64,000 nt of DNA from Veleropilina oligotropha (taxonomy: Eukaryota): the NCBI GenBank assembly GCA_048128005.1, contig JBEUKZ010000058.1, forward strand, positions 1 to 64,000, given 5' to 3'. Positions 1-12,500 of this stretch are shown here, in pieces. Position 1 is the first letter of the stretch. Every line of letters begins with the position of its first letter. The notes beneath the pieces were generated by a model that was given only the letters and a program-made list of their open reading frames with translations, was not told the origin of the DNA and ran no database searches. The translations under genes and the position numbers were made by a program.

Positions 1-9
1 CTTAATTAA

Positions 10-503
10 CCGCTGCAGTTGCGCACTTGGAACAAAAACAATTGAGACGTTTCATTGGTTAATTCTTAACCAGGCCAAGCTGAATCACCTTGTCTGTCCA
101 TCCGTCCGGACTATTCCTCCCAACCTGCCAGGGTCCGACATTAACGTTGATTCATTACTGGCCACCGGGCCCAGTAAACTCTAATATTTACTGGCCCAAA
201 CAGAAAATTTACTGACCCACTAAAATGTACCGATTATTACATGCATGGTAGATGAGTTAAAAGTACATGCTAACAGGTGAAAGGAAAGTAGAAAACAGAC
301 ATCATTAAATGTGTTTTTAGTACTACGTACAGTTGTAAATGAGTAGATCAAAGATTTAAAAAAATACAATTTTGGGTTACCGGTACGTAGATTTTTCAAT
401 TATCGTGACCTGCATTTACATATTTAGGTACAGCTTGGCCTGGTTAAGAATTAGCCAATGAAATGTCTCTATCGTTTTTGTAACAAATGTGCCACTGCAG
501 CGG
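10..503. mobile_element. Non-autonomous TIR element (MITE), possibly piggyBac-like
   Basis: ~73-bp imperfect inverted repeats (10-82 CCGCTGCAG...GGCCAAGCTG vs 431-503 CAGCTTGGCC...CTGCAGCGG). Preceded by TTAA and followed by TTTAA. Confidence 0.55.
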
Positions 504-3500
504 TTTAAAAGCTCGTATGTAAACTTCTGTAATGACATCTGATTTTGAATAATTATTAAACATTCAATATTTTTGTAAAACATGATGCTGTGCTATATCA
601 TCATCTTCAACCCCATCAATTAATAAATAGATATCCTATTACTTGCATATGTACTAACTTGGGAAAACTGATTTTAAAAAATTAAGACGCATTAAATGCA
701 AAATAGCTGTAACAAGCAGACAAGAAATTATTGTCTGTGTCGAGTTTGTTTGCCATATAAAATTAGCTTATATAAGTATTAAAATTCAGATTCCCTCGAT
801 AAACGTTTTGCAACAACCTGTTCATAATTTCATAGAGTTTCTGTCACGATGTTAAATATGGCAAATATTTAAACATCATGTTGAATCTGCTGGTACAGTA
901 TTAATGTGATTGGGTAACGTTAGTTTCGTGAATACCCTTATACTCTGCTTGAGCAACATTATTTTGTTCATGTGCGATGATGTGGTGGCTGAATATTCTA
1001 AGTATCCGTGATCATGGAGTATTATAGAAACTAAGCAATCAAAAATTATCAATGCAAAACTGAAACTGGCAAAATCTATTTGCACAAGAAAATTATAAGT
1101 GCTACCCCTGCATGGGGGGAATCAGCCTCCCACCCCACCTTTTTCACAAATTTTTAAAAGAAAAATACTCCGTTTTGTGAAAATGGTTCATAAATTTTGG
1201 TAAAATATATCTCATCTCCACTGTCAGCATGCAGGAGAAAGGCTTTCACACCGTTGATTGTCCAAAATTTTCCTTCGCGCGGGGTCTTCACAAGGATAGT
1301 ATATTTCGTAAATCTCTGCCACCCCCTCCTCCACTTTCAAAAAGTCTTCCCCACCCCCCACCCCCCCCCCCCCCCCCTGATGCAAGTGGCTTAGTTTTCA
1401 GATTGAAAAATTGTTACAATGAAGATCGAACACTAAACCGATTCAATCAAATAGTTACCAATGCTCTACAGTGCGACTAAAAAATCAGTTTGGTGATCAA
1501 CTTTACAATTCAAAGTCACACGTTGGCGACCGCAGGCCAAAAATTGGAAAATCTGTCTGCACACGCAATCGGGCAGCTTTATAAAGAAATCCCTGGTCTT
1601 TTATCTATTATTGCATTATTATTTTCTCATAAAATGTCCAATTATTAATGAAATGCTTTTAAATACATTTATTCAGTTCAGTATGTATAGTGACTTTGTG
1701 GGTGCTTTTGAGTCTGAAAAATCGATGTTTTCATGTTCGGCCGCCATTGTTAATTTTCAAGTATTCTACCTCTTTATGTGGGAGCACCCATTTTGCATGT
1801 CTATAGTGTTTCATGAAGCACAAAAAAACGAAGTTTTACATAATGATTACACTGATGTATATGATTAAAAGGAAACAAATTTAGACAGACAGGGTGTAAT
1901 TCAATTTAATGACATGGATTTTTTATATTGTTTTTGGTTTTAATTGATATAAATTAAAATATATAATATTAAATTAGTGCATCAATAAAGTCTATAAATT
2001 TATGTTCAATAAAATTATTTAGATGATGGTCAACATGCAGCAACAGATAATTAGCATAATATATGTTTTTCTTATTTAATAAAATTATAACAGTATAATT
2101 ATTATTGATAGTACCGTATGATGTGTAATGTAAATTAAACACGTATTTTAAATACACACATAGTCATAGATTTAATAGAAATTGCTTCCACACAATTATT
2201 TCAAATACATGCATACATTTAATAGAAACTGCTTTAAATTTGGGGCTAGTGAGTTTTCTGGTTGGGCTAGTAATTTTCAAAGTCTACTAGCCAGGATGAC
2301 TAAAGCAAAATTGTGACCGTAGAGCACTGGTTACGTTCGTAAGAATCTGCAAATTAGTTTTAAAAACTGCTTTTGTAAAATGTTATTATTTAAAATGATG
2401 AAGTTTAATATTGTTTTCGTCAACATGAATATATGATTTATGAATTTCTATAAACGGTGTATAAACCATGAATATGCTTCTATATAAGACTTAAAGTGCT
2501 TTTTTTTTTTCGCAGACTATTCATGTGATGCAAAAAGATCGCTGTCTGTAGTTTTCATCCCCAAGTTTTTCATACTTTTAGTTTAATATACAGAAGTTAT
2601 AAGTTTTTGGAACACTGTCTCTTTGTGCCAGCTTAATAAATGACAACAATTAATGAAACAAATGACTCGGACATATTTGCAAGTTAAAACTAACCATCTC
2701 TGGCATCTTCATTACTAATCATTCAAAGATGATGGATGATGTTTTATTGCTGAAATTTGTTGATGTGGTCACTAAACAGAAGTTAATCATTCATCTGCCA
2801 TAAAGAAATAGGAAATATAGGGTATTCGTTATATGCACGTACTTAAGGCCCATGGTCAGAATATTCTAGAACAAAATGTTGTGTGGAAAATGGTTGTTGT
2901 GTTGTGTTGTCCGCTTTGGTTTACCAGAATCATGGGACAAGATATAAGGAATCGATTTAACACAGCCCAAAGGTGTGTCGTGTACCGAAAGTATGTCTCT
3001 GTAACCTACTTTTCACGCTTGACCGCATTCAGTCCAAATTTCCTTTCTACTGCATATCTCCCATACTATTTGACAGAGGGACACGAAACTTGATGTGTGT
3101 ATGCGTCATAACCCAAAGGTGTGTCAGGTACCAAAAGTAGGCCACCGCCTGCCATATAAATGCCTCATTTGGGTTCAACACTGTTACAGTTTGTTGTTTA
3201 CACTTCAGATCTGCTCTCAACCCGATTATGACTGAAATATTGTCGGAGTGGTAGTAAAAGTTCTGTAAAACATCAATTCAATCAATCGAGATCTGCTTGC
3301 TGATATATGTGTTATCAACAAACACTGGCCTATCATGGTCAAATCAATGATTTCATATTGGGTGTATATATATTACATTAAATGTCTAAAATCAGTAAAT
3401 CTTTAGATTTCCTGAAGATTTCAGTAAATCTGTACATTTACTGATTCACTCAGTAAATGTATAGATTTACTAAAATTTCCAGGAAATCTATACATTTACT

Positions 3501-3653
3501 GAAAAGTAATGCTGATTTCTCGACACATTTACTGACATTAATTAAACAATGATTTCAACCAATGAATTCTCTATCAGCCAATTGACAGCTTTTATTAGTC
3601 ACTATACACTAACAACAGGTTAACATAGGTTAACTCTTGCTCAATTAGCTTTG

Positions 3654-4473
3654 TTTTTAGCTCGACTATTCTAAAATAGTACGAGCTATTGCAGTCACCC
3701 TGTCGTCGGCGTCGGCGTTGGCGTCAAACTTCAGGTTAACATTTTGCATGAAGGGTCTTTTCTCACAAATTTTTCAAACTACAACTTTCAAACTTCATAC
3801 ACTTGTTCAATGTCATTATGCGACCTTATATATTAGGCGTAATAACTCTGGCTTCGTTGTTTAACCAAATTATTCCCCTTTTTCGACTTAGACAATTCAG
3901 GTTAATGTTTTGCATGAAGGGTCTTTTCTCACAAATTTTTCACACTACACCTTTCAAACTTCATACACTTGTTCAACGTCATTATGCGACCTTACATTAC
4001 AGGCGTAATAAATCTGGCTTCGTTATTTTACCAAATTATTCCCCTTTTTCGACTTAGACAATTCAGGTTAATGTTTTGCATGAAGGGTCTTTTCTCACAA
4101 ATTTTTCACACTACACCTTTCAAACTTCATACACTTGTTCAACGTCATTATGCGACCTTACATTACAGGCGTAATAAATCTGGCTTCGTTATTTTACCAA
4201 ATTATTCCCCTTTTTCGACTTAGACAATTCAGGTTAATGTTTTGCATGAAGGGCCTTTTCTCACAAAGTCAACTTCAGGTTAATATTTTGCATGAAGGGC
4301 CTTTTCTCACAAAGTGTTCACACTACAGCCTTGAAACTTCATACGCTTGTCACATCATTATGCGAACTTGCAATACAAGGGCCATAACTCGAGCTTCATT
4401 TTTACCAAATTATTTCCATTCATCGATCCAGCTTTTGATAGTCGAGCATGCTGTCCTTCTGACAGCTCTTGTT
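3654..4473 (+). mobile_element. Helentron-associated non-autonomous element (HINE/pearl-like) nested in the Ginger element
   Basis: T-rich start, subterminal inverted motif (GCTCGACTAT / ATAGTCGAGC), GTCGGC microsatellite, 166-bp tandem core repeats, 3' hairpin GCTGTC..GACAGC followed by CTTGTT. Confidence 0.7.
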
Positions 4474-4621
4474 TAACATCAAACTGATTGGAAGCCTCGC
4501 TTAATGTTGGTCAATTGACCGATTTACTTAGTCACTGCACACTGATTAGAAACCAGTTGTCTACAGTAGTTGGCAACCTATAATAGGACCTCGACAGTAA
4601 TATTATGACATTGCTCTGGCA

Positions 4622-5760
4622 ATGACTAGTTCCATGGAAGCTTCCTTTCGCGAGCAGTTGCTGAAGAAGAGAGAGTCTGATAACAAGTCTGTACTGTTGA
4701 CTAAAGAAGAATCCTTCTCACTACTGGAAGAACTCAAGAAGCGTGTTCAGCTAAGGCGAAATTCGGTCGTCAGTATTACATCCTTGGGTGTTTTGAAATT
4801 CTTCAGTGTGGTGATGTAGGAAAACTATTTGAAAATACAGTGACGTTGGTAGTGCTCAAGAACCCATATACTTCACACATATCGATGACATGTTTGACAT
4901 TCTTAGGAGAGCTCTTGTTTCAACTGGACATGGTGGTCGGGATAAAATGATGAAAGCAATGACAAAATATGCAAATATCACTTGAGAGGTAGTCACACTG
5001 TGCAAATCACTCTGCATCGAATGCCAAAAAAAGCGTAAGCGCATCACCACCAAAGGCGTAGTTGTGAAACCCTTTCTCACCAAGGACTTTGAATCTAGGG
5101 GGCAGATTGACTTGGTAGACATGCAGTCAATGGCAAAGGGACAGTATAAGTGGATAATGGTGTATCAGGACCATCTAACTAAGTTTTGTGTATTGCGACC
5201 ACTGACATCTAAACGTGCTGCGGTAGTTGATTATCAACTGATGGACATATTCGTGCTCCTTGGCGCTCCTCAGATCTTACAGAGTGAAAATGGAAGCGAA
5301 TTCACAGCATCCGTCAGCAAACCCAAACACCCTCAAAGTCAAGGCTCGGTGGAAAGGCTAAATTGCGATATGAAAGACATGCTCACCGCTTGGCTAGCTG
5401 ACAATGATTCTACAGTTTGGCATATGGGTCTTCGCTTTGTGCAGTTTCAAAAAAACTCTAGTTATCATTCGGGCATTAAACAATCACCTTATAAGGCTTT
5501 GTTTCGTGCTGAGGCTAAAGTTGGACTGTGTGTCAAATTCCCTCCTAACAGAAGTTCTTGAGAGAATGGTGTCTGAAGATGATCTAATTGCAGCATACTC
5601 TCCAAACCAGACAAGTGAAATCACTATGCCACCTCAGCAGGCAGTGCGAACGACACACCACAGGAACAGCCAAGTGAAATCCCAAAGCCGCTCAGACAAG
5701 TGAAACCGTCATACCAACAGAAGTTGACGAGCTAGAGACGATTGAACTGAACATTCAAGC
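4622..5760 (+). pseudogene. Disrupted rve integrase/transposase of the Ginger-like element
   Basis: Fragments in several frames: HHCC-like zinc region (TGHGGRDKM...C.EC), RGQIDLVDMQ, YQDHLTKF, ILQSENGSEF, HPQSQGSVERLN. Frameshifts, an in-frame stop and a deletion are present. Confidence 0.8.
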
Positions 5761-6194
5761 TCAGCGAAAAGGAGTATTAATTTTGTTCATGTTTTTTTTT
5801 TAGGGATTGTTGAATTAATTGGTTGAAATCATTGTTTAATTAATTTCAGTAAATCTGTCGAGAAATCAGCATTACGTTTCAGTAAATGTATAGATTTCCT
5901 GGAAATTTTAGTAAATCTTTACATTTACTGAGTGAATCAGTAAATGTACAGATTTACTGAAATTTTCAGGAAATCTATAACATATATACAGTTACAATTT
6001 GTTTAGTTTAAAGTATCAGAGTTATTGTTTCATGAGTAAATCGCAGTGAGAAGATATTCATTATCTGTCGATATTTCCAGGGTTTATAATATTACATGTA
6101 TGTTGAGAATATATTGTTGTTGGTTCCAAGTGATGACATAGTGAAAATATTTTTAACTTAATATACCAAATATATTGCCATCAGTCCCCTGACC

Positions 6195-6540
6195 ACTCAT
6201 ACATCGGGGAAACCAAGCGTACCCTAGCTTCAAGGAACACACCAACCTCGATAAGCCTACGGGTGTGAGTGATCACTACCAAGCCACCGACCACTCGGTG
6301 CCATTAAGCAACACTTCAATCCTCACCCGTGAACCTGATTGGACCATACGCAAAGTCAAGGAGGCCATCTACATCCACCAACAAAACCAACCATGAACCG
6401 TGACCAGGGATACCAGCTGCCCGCCATCGACCACAGCCTGCTACCCGAGCGCCCCTTGCGGCCAACAAGATCATTACGTGATCAAGACTACTAGCTGAGT
6501 AGTCTAAACGTAAACCGACTTCACTATCCTGTTCCAAAGT
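6195..6540 (+). mobile_element. Penelope-like retroelement 3' fragment (GIY-YIG endonuclease remnant)
   Basis: Broken reading frames give YIGETKRTL, KEAIYI and MNRDQG, typical of the C-terminal GIY-YIG domain of Penelope-like elements. Confidence 0.6.
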
Positions 6541-6589
6541 AAGTTAAAAATCTTTTCACTATATACATGTATGTGTTTCACTTTACCAG

Positions 6590-9500
6590 GGGTAACATTC
6601 TCTGGCAACCTGCGCCCTGGCGCCGTTCGTGGTCATCGTACAAAGGAGGTGAAAGCGAAGATCCCGAACACGCAACCGATGATCGAAGAATTACCCATCA
6701 AGAAAGTCTTGCACAGGGTAATCACATACATATATGAAGATAAGGATTATTTTACTCTCTGGGGGGCGGCTTGGCCAAGTGGATACAGTGCTGGTCTACA
6801 ACGAAAAAGGCTTGGAATCAAACCCTGGAATTTCCAGGGATTTTTCAAATGAACAATTACTCCACAATTCATCAGCACCCGTTCATTCTCTATGATCATT
6901 TTTGGCTTGCCTGTTAGGTACGGGTATATTTCTGGACATGCATCCGTCAATGTCGTCTGCAGATTGCTTTCTGTCTCATAGATTTTTGAAGACAAACCGC
7001 TGTCTACTTCAAGCAGTAACAGAGTTATTGCACTTGTTGCATAGGCTTTTATTGTTGTTTAAAAATTCTTACACGGTTGAGTTCACATTATCATTTCATA
7101 TTATTATAACAACGCAAAGGCATTTAAATCATATCTCATGTGTATGTTATTCAGAGAACATCAAGCCGTGAAGACAATAATTCACAAAATGTCAAACAGG
7201 CGTCGCTGAAAGACTTGTGTATAGAAGACAAGAAAAGGGTTGCAAATTTAATTCAGGAGTTAGCAAAGTGAGTTAATAAATTAAATATTATTGACATAAT
7301 CATATTATGATTTTTCAATGTTTAATTCAGTAACTACTGTAAACCCCTATATTTTAGCGGCCATAAAATTTAACGATTTCTCATATACCTGTATATTAGC
7401 GGCCTTGTAAATTAACGATTTTTAATCCATATGTTAATTGAGCTTTATTCCATGAAATGCTTCGCGGACTTTTATTTTCGCAATAATATTAGGTATGCGA
7501 AACTCGCGAAAATAAAAGGCACGCTAAAATATAGGGTTTTACAGTATTTTCATTTTTATCCCCCGCCCGAAGGAAGTGGGGATATTGAAGTTGCCCTGTC
7601 CGTCCGTACGTACGTACGTCCGTACGTACGTACGTCCGTACGTCTGTAAACAATTTGGTTAAAGTTTCGACTTGGGTGTGTGTAGCTTGCCTATGAGACT
7701 TTTTTGCTTATATATGCTTTTGTAGGTGTTATATGGATGACACCTGATACTCTGGATGTGATATTGAATAAAATTTAATGTAATTATTGCATAAATGTAG
7801 GTTTTTTGAACATAGAAATTTTGGTTAAAGTTCCTGGTTAAAGTTTTTCATTGAGTGTATTTGGTAGCTCAAACAACATTTTGGTGTATCTTTGTTTTGA
7901 TATTGACAATATAAATGTCAACTGATACTCTGGAAGTGATATTGAATAAAATTTAATGTAATTATTGCATAAATGTAGGTGTTTTTGAACATAGAAATTT
8001 TGGTTAAACTTTCTGGTTAAAGTTTTTCATTGAGTGTATATGGGTAGCTCAAACAACATTTTTGTGTATCTTTGTTTTGATATTGACAATATAAATGTCA
8101 ACTGATAATCTGGAAGTGATATTGAATAAAATTTAATGTAATTATTGCATAAATGTTGGTGTTTTTTAACATAGAAATTTTGGTTAAAGTTTCTAGTTTA
8201 AGTTTTTTTGGTGTATCTTTTGATAATATAAATGTCAATGGTTAAAGTTTCTGGTTAAAGTTTCTGGTTAAAGTTTTTCATTGAGTGTATATGGGTATCT
8301 CAAACAACATTTTTGTTTATCTTTCTTTTGATATTGACAATATAAATGTCAACTGATAATCTGGAAGTGATATTGAATAAAATTTAATGTAATTATTGCA
8401 TAAATGTTGGTGTTTTTTAACATAGAAATTTTGGTTAAAGTTTCTAGTTTAAATTTTTTATTGAATGTATTAGGGTAGCTCAAACAACTATTTGGTGTAT
8501 CTTTTGATAATATAAATGTCAATTGATACTCTGGAAGTGATATTGATATAAATTTAAAATTTCTCGCCCGTAAGGAAAGCTAGACTTAGGTATTTCTTTT
8601 CTGTCGGTGACGTCGGCGTCAACAATTCTTAAAGTTTTGCATTTACCTCTGTTTCTCAAAAAGTATAAGTTTTAGATCAACATAACTTGGACTATAACTG
8701 CTTCATGATCACTGTTGTTTAATGAATGCTTTGAAAGATGGATATATTACCTAGATTTTAGGGTACAGGAACTTTGTCATCATAGTAATCTGTGTTAGTC
8801 TGAAAATGAAGCTTTCTGACATATAAATTTTGGTTTAAGTTTTTGTTGAGTTTGGGTACTTTATGTACTCTTCTGCATATATATTATGCTTTGATACTGC
8901 CTGTTATTGAACTTGTTCTCCGATATCTTGTGTCCCTTTTAATGTAGCAATATAATTTAGTTTATTTAATGCATGAACTTTAATTGTTTTTTGGACTTAC
9001 ATTTGGATAAAGTACGTTTGCACCAGAGGGATTGCGCAAGGCGGGGGATGAATCCGTTTTCTAACGGGCTCTTGTGTAAGTTAGGTATGATCAGTACTCA
9101 AATATAATGAGCAGAAATTATTATTTTTACGCAATAATACAGAGAGTATGCATTATAATCACGGCTCTTGATTTGTCGTTTCATTGTAACAATGGTTCTA
9201 AAAAGATTTCTATAATTTATATATAGTATAAATAGATTGATGACTTGATGTAGGTGTGTTTAGAACTAATACTCTGTTATTGTCACTTCAGGGTGGGTCA
9301 GTATAAGGAGCTAATAATACTTGGTTATTGTCGATTATGGGTCGGTCTGGAATAGTTCTCGGTTATTGTCGTTTGTGTGTGGGTCTGGAATAGTTCTCGG
9401 TTATTGACGTTTGTGGGTGGGTCTGGAATAGTTCTCGGTTATTGACGTTTGTGGGTGGGTCTGGAATAGTTCTCGGTTATTGTCGTTTGTGGGTGGGTCT

Positions 9501-12500
9501 GGAATAGTTCTCGGTTATTGTCGTTTGTGGGTGGGTCTGGAATAGTTCTCGGTTATTGTCGTATGTGGGTGGGTCTGGAATAGTTCTCGGTTATTGTCGA
9601 TTGTGGGTGGGTCTGGAATAGTTCTCGGTTATTGTCGATTGTGGGTGGGTCTGGAATAGTTCTCGGTTATTGTCGATTGTGGGTGGGTCTGGAATAGTTC
9701 TCGGTTATTGTCGATTGTGGGTGGGTCTGGAATAGTTCTCGGTTATTGTCGTTTGTGGGTGGGTCTGGAATAGTTCTCGGTTATTGTCGTTTGTGGGTGG
9801 GTCTGGAATAGTTCTCGGTTATTGTCGTTTGTGGGTGGGTCTGGAATAGTTCTGGGTTATTGTCGTTTGTGGGTGGGTCTGGAATAGTTCTGGGTTGTTG
9901 TCGTTTGTGGGTGGGCCATGATAAGGCCGGATCGAGCAGGAGACGACTGGGCTAATATTTGGTTATTGTCGTTTCAGAATACTGAGATAATACTAGGTTA
10001 ATGCCATTTTATGATGGGTCCGGGCTAATACTCATTTCTTGTCGTTTCAGGGTGGGGCAGAATAATGCTCGGTTCTTGTCATTTCCGGGTGGGGCAGTGA
10101 TAATGCTCGGTTCTTTTCGTTTCAGGGTGGGGCAGAATAATGCTCAGTTCTTTTCGTTTCAGGGTGGGGCAGAATAATGCTCAGTTCTTTTCGTTTCAGG
10201 GTGGGACAAGATAATGCTAGGTTCTTTTCGTTTCAGGGTGGGACAGGATAATGCTCGGTTCTTTTCGTTTCAGCGTGGGACAGGGCTGATGCTCGGGTCT
10301 TGTCATTGCAGGGGTTAATGCTCAGTTCTGGTCATTTCAGAGTGGGGCAAGATAAGGAGACAGCGGTGGATCAAGTGCACCAAGAGCGACTGAAGTACGA
10401 AACTCAGATCATGCAGCTGGTTGAGCATCAGGAGCAGATCGTGCGGGAGAGAGAAGGTATCCTTAAATAGGTCGGGAGAGAGGATATCATTAAATAGGTC
10501 GGTTGAAGGGTATCCTTAAATAGGTCGGGAGAGGGTATCATTAAATAGGTCGGGTGGAGGGTATCCTTAAATAGGTCCAGAGAGAGAGTATCATTAAATA
10601 GGTCGGGGAGAGAGGGTATCCTTTGATTGTGCAAGGAGAGAGTGTATCCATAAATAGGTCAGGGGACAGAGGGTATCCTTAAACAGGTCGGGGGAGAGTG
10701 TATCTTTACATAGGTCGTGGGAGAGGTGTATCCTTAAATAGGTCGGTGGAGAATGGATCCTTAAATATGTCTAGGGAGAGAGGGTATCCTTAAACAGGTC
10801 GGGGGAGAGAGTATCCTTAAACAGGTCGGGGGAGAGTGTATCCATAAATAGGTCGGGGGGGAAACGTACTGTGATATCGGGCACATCGTATTGGGACAGC
10901 TCATTCAAGTGCGATGATATCTGTCGTGTCTCTCCGCATGCACCAGAGTGTGACTTCATGTGCATAATGTAAGCCATTTGAAAATGTTCTTCCCTAACTG
11001 CTGATACCAGATATTCAGAACCAGCTGTTTCAGTGCCAGCATCTCCTGACCAAGTATCAACATGAAGTCTTGGAGCAGCAGGAGGAACTCAACAACTCCA
11101 TACGAGAAGGATACCTGCCAAAAATGGTAGGAACTTGCTATAAATAGAAAACTTACAAATAGATTAAATTGTAAACATGACTTCTTTGAAATTTAAATTG
11201 AGAGATGGATATAAATTTAAACTGTATATTGTCAACATATAGTTTAGTAGGAAGACATCTAAGATCAGAAAATCATTCGTTTGGCAATACAGAGAGACAA
11301 CATGTGCTCAGATAGAGATGTTAAAACATAGGCCCTGACTGAGATGTTACTTTAATAATATTATATAAAGTTTGAATATCTTTAAATAGCAAAAATCATG
11401 AAAATTACAGTAGAAATTACAATTGATAGAATATTTCAGCTAATTTAGGACGGTAGCAATGAATTGTGACCTTGTATGTTGGTGATTCCCCATGCATATT
11501 GAATAAGATTAAAATTAATAAATAATTTGAGCTTTTAGCATAATGTTTATTTTAACATTTTTTGTGCTATCTTGGATATCCATGTTTCAGGCAAATGACC
11601 CTGTGGAACGATATGTTCCTCAACTTCCTGGCATCACAGATCCAAATGCTGAACATTATGTCTACCCGCATGTTCAATACGCTGATCATATTTCACCATC
11701 AGATGAACATTATGTCTACCCACATGTTCAATACGCCGATCATATTTCACCATCAGATGAACAAAATCTGGTTGCTAATCTCAGGAAGCAGGCAATTGAA
11801 CCCGGCCTATTCACGGATGACGCTGATTATGCGCAGGACCCACGCATCAGTCTTCAGCGGCCTCTGACGTCGCTCATAGATAAGGACATTGTTGCTGAAC
11901 GGCTGGATCACGTATCAAATCAACAGATATTGCACACGCCTACAAACGACGTAGGGACAGGACAATATTATAATTCTCATCAATATCCTAATTTTGGGCC
12001 TTTGAATGACCCGCTTCTGTCAAGTACGCAGAAAAGCAATGAAATAAGAACTTTTATTGACAATCATGCAGACAGAGACTGGCAGTTTTCTCCTCGACCG
12101 TTTCTGAATGGGGAGGACAGAAACCTCCAGAATATTGAAGCTAGCACAGGACACATGGTCAGACACCACAGCCATAAAACAGGGAAGCCTTCTGTAGCAT
12201 TTGTTGCAGGTGATGTTGCGTCACAGGGATGTCTAGCGTCTCCGCAGATTCATCCAAACGATGACAAGTTCTTGGAATATTACAGAAAATTAACACCATC
12301 CGAACGAAAGCGAGAATTACTCGTTCAAAGAGCAGCATTGCTAGAGGAACAGAAACGGTTGCAGCAGGTTCTTGATGATCAAGAGATTCAACTGCAAGAA
12401 AAAAAGGACCAACTTCATGCTCAACAACGGTCGCAGAAGCAGCGGCTTACGTATTTTGAAAACGAGGGTAATTTTCCTGCCGATCTGCAGGATTCTATCA

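Larger units (their letters stand above)
3404..5982 (+). mobile_element. Decayed Ginger2/TDD-like DNA transposon with Gypsy-type integrase (KRBA2/SCAND3-like family)
   Basis: ~165-bp inverted repeats (~3404-3569 vs ~5812-5977); right end terminates ...TATAACA. They enclose a broken integrase ORF. Confidence 0.7.
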
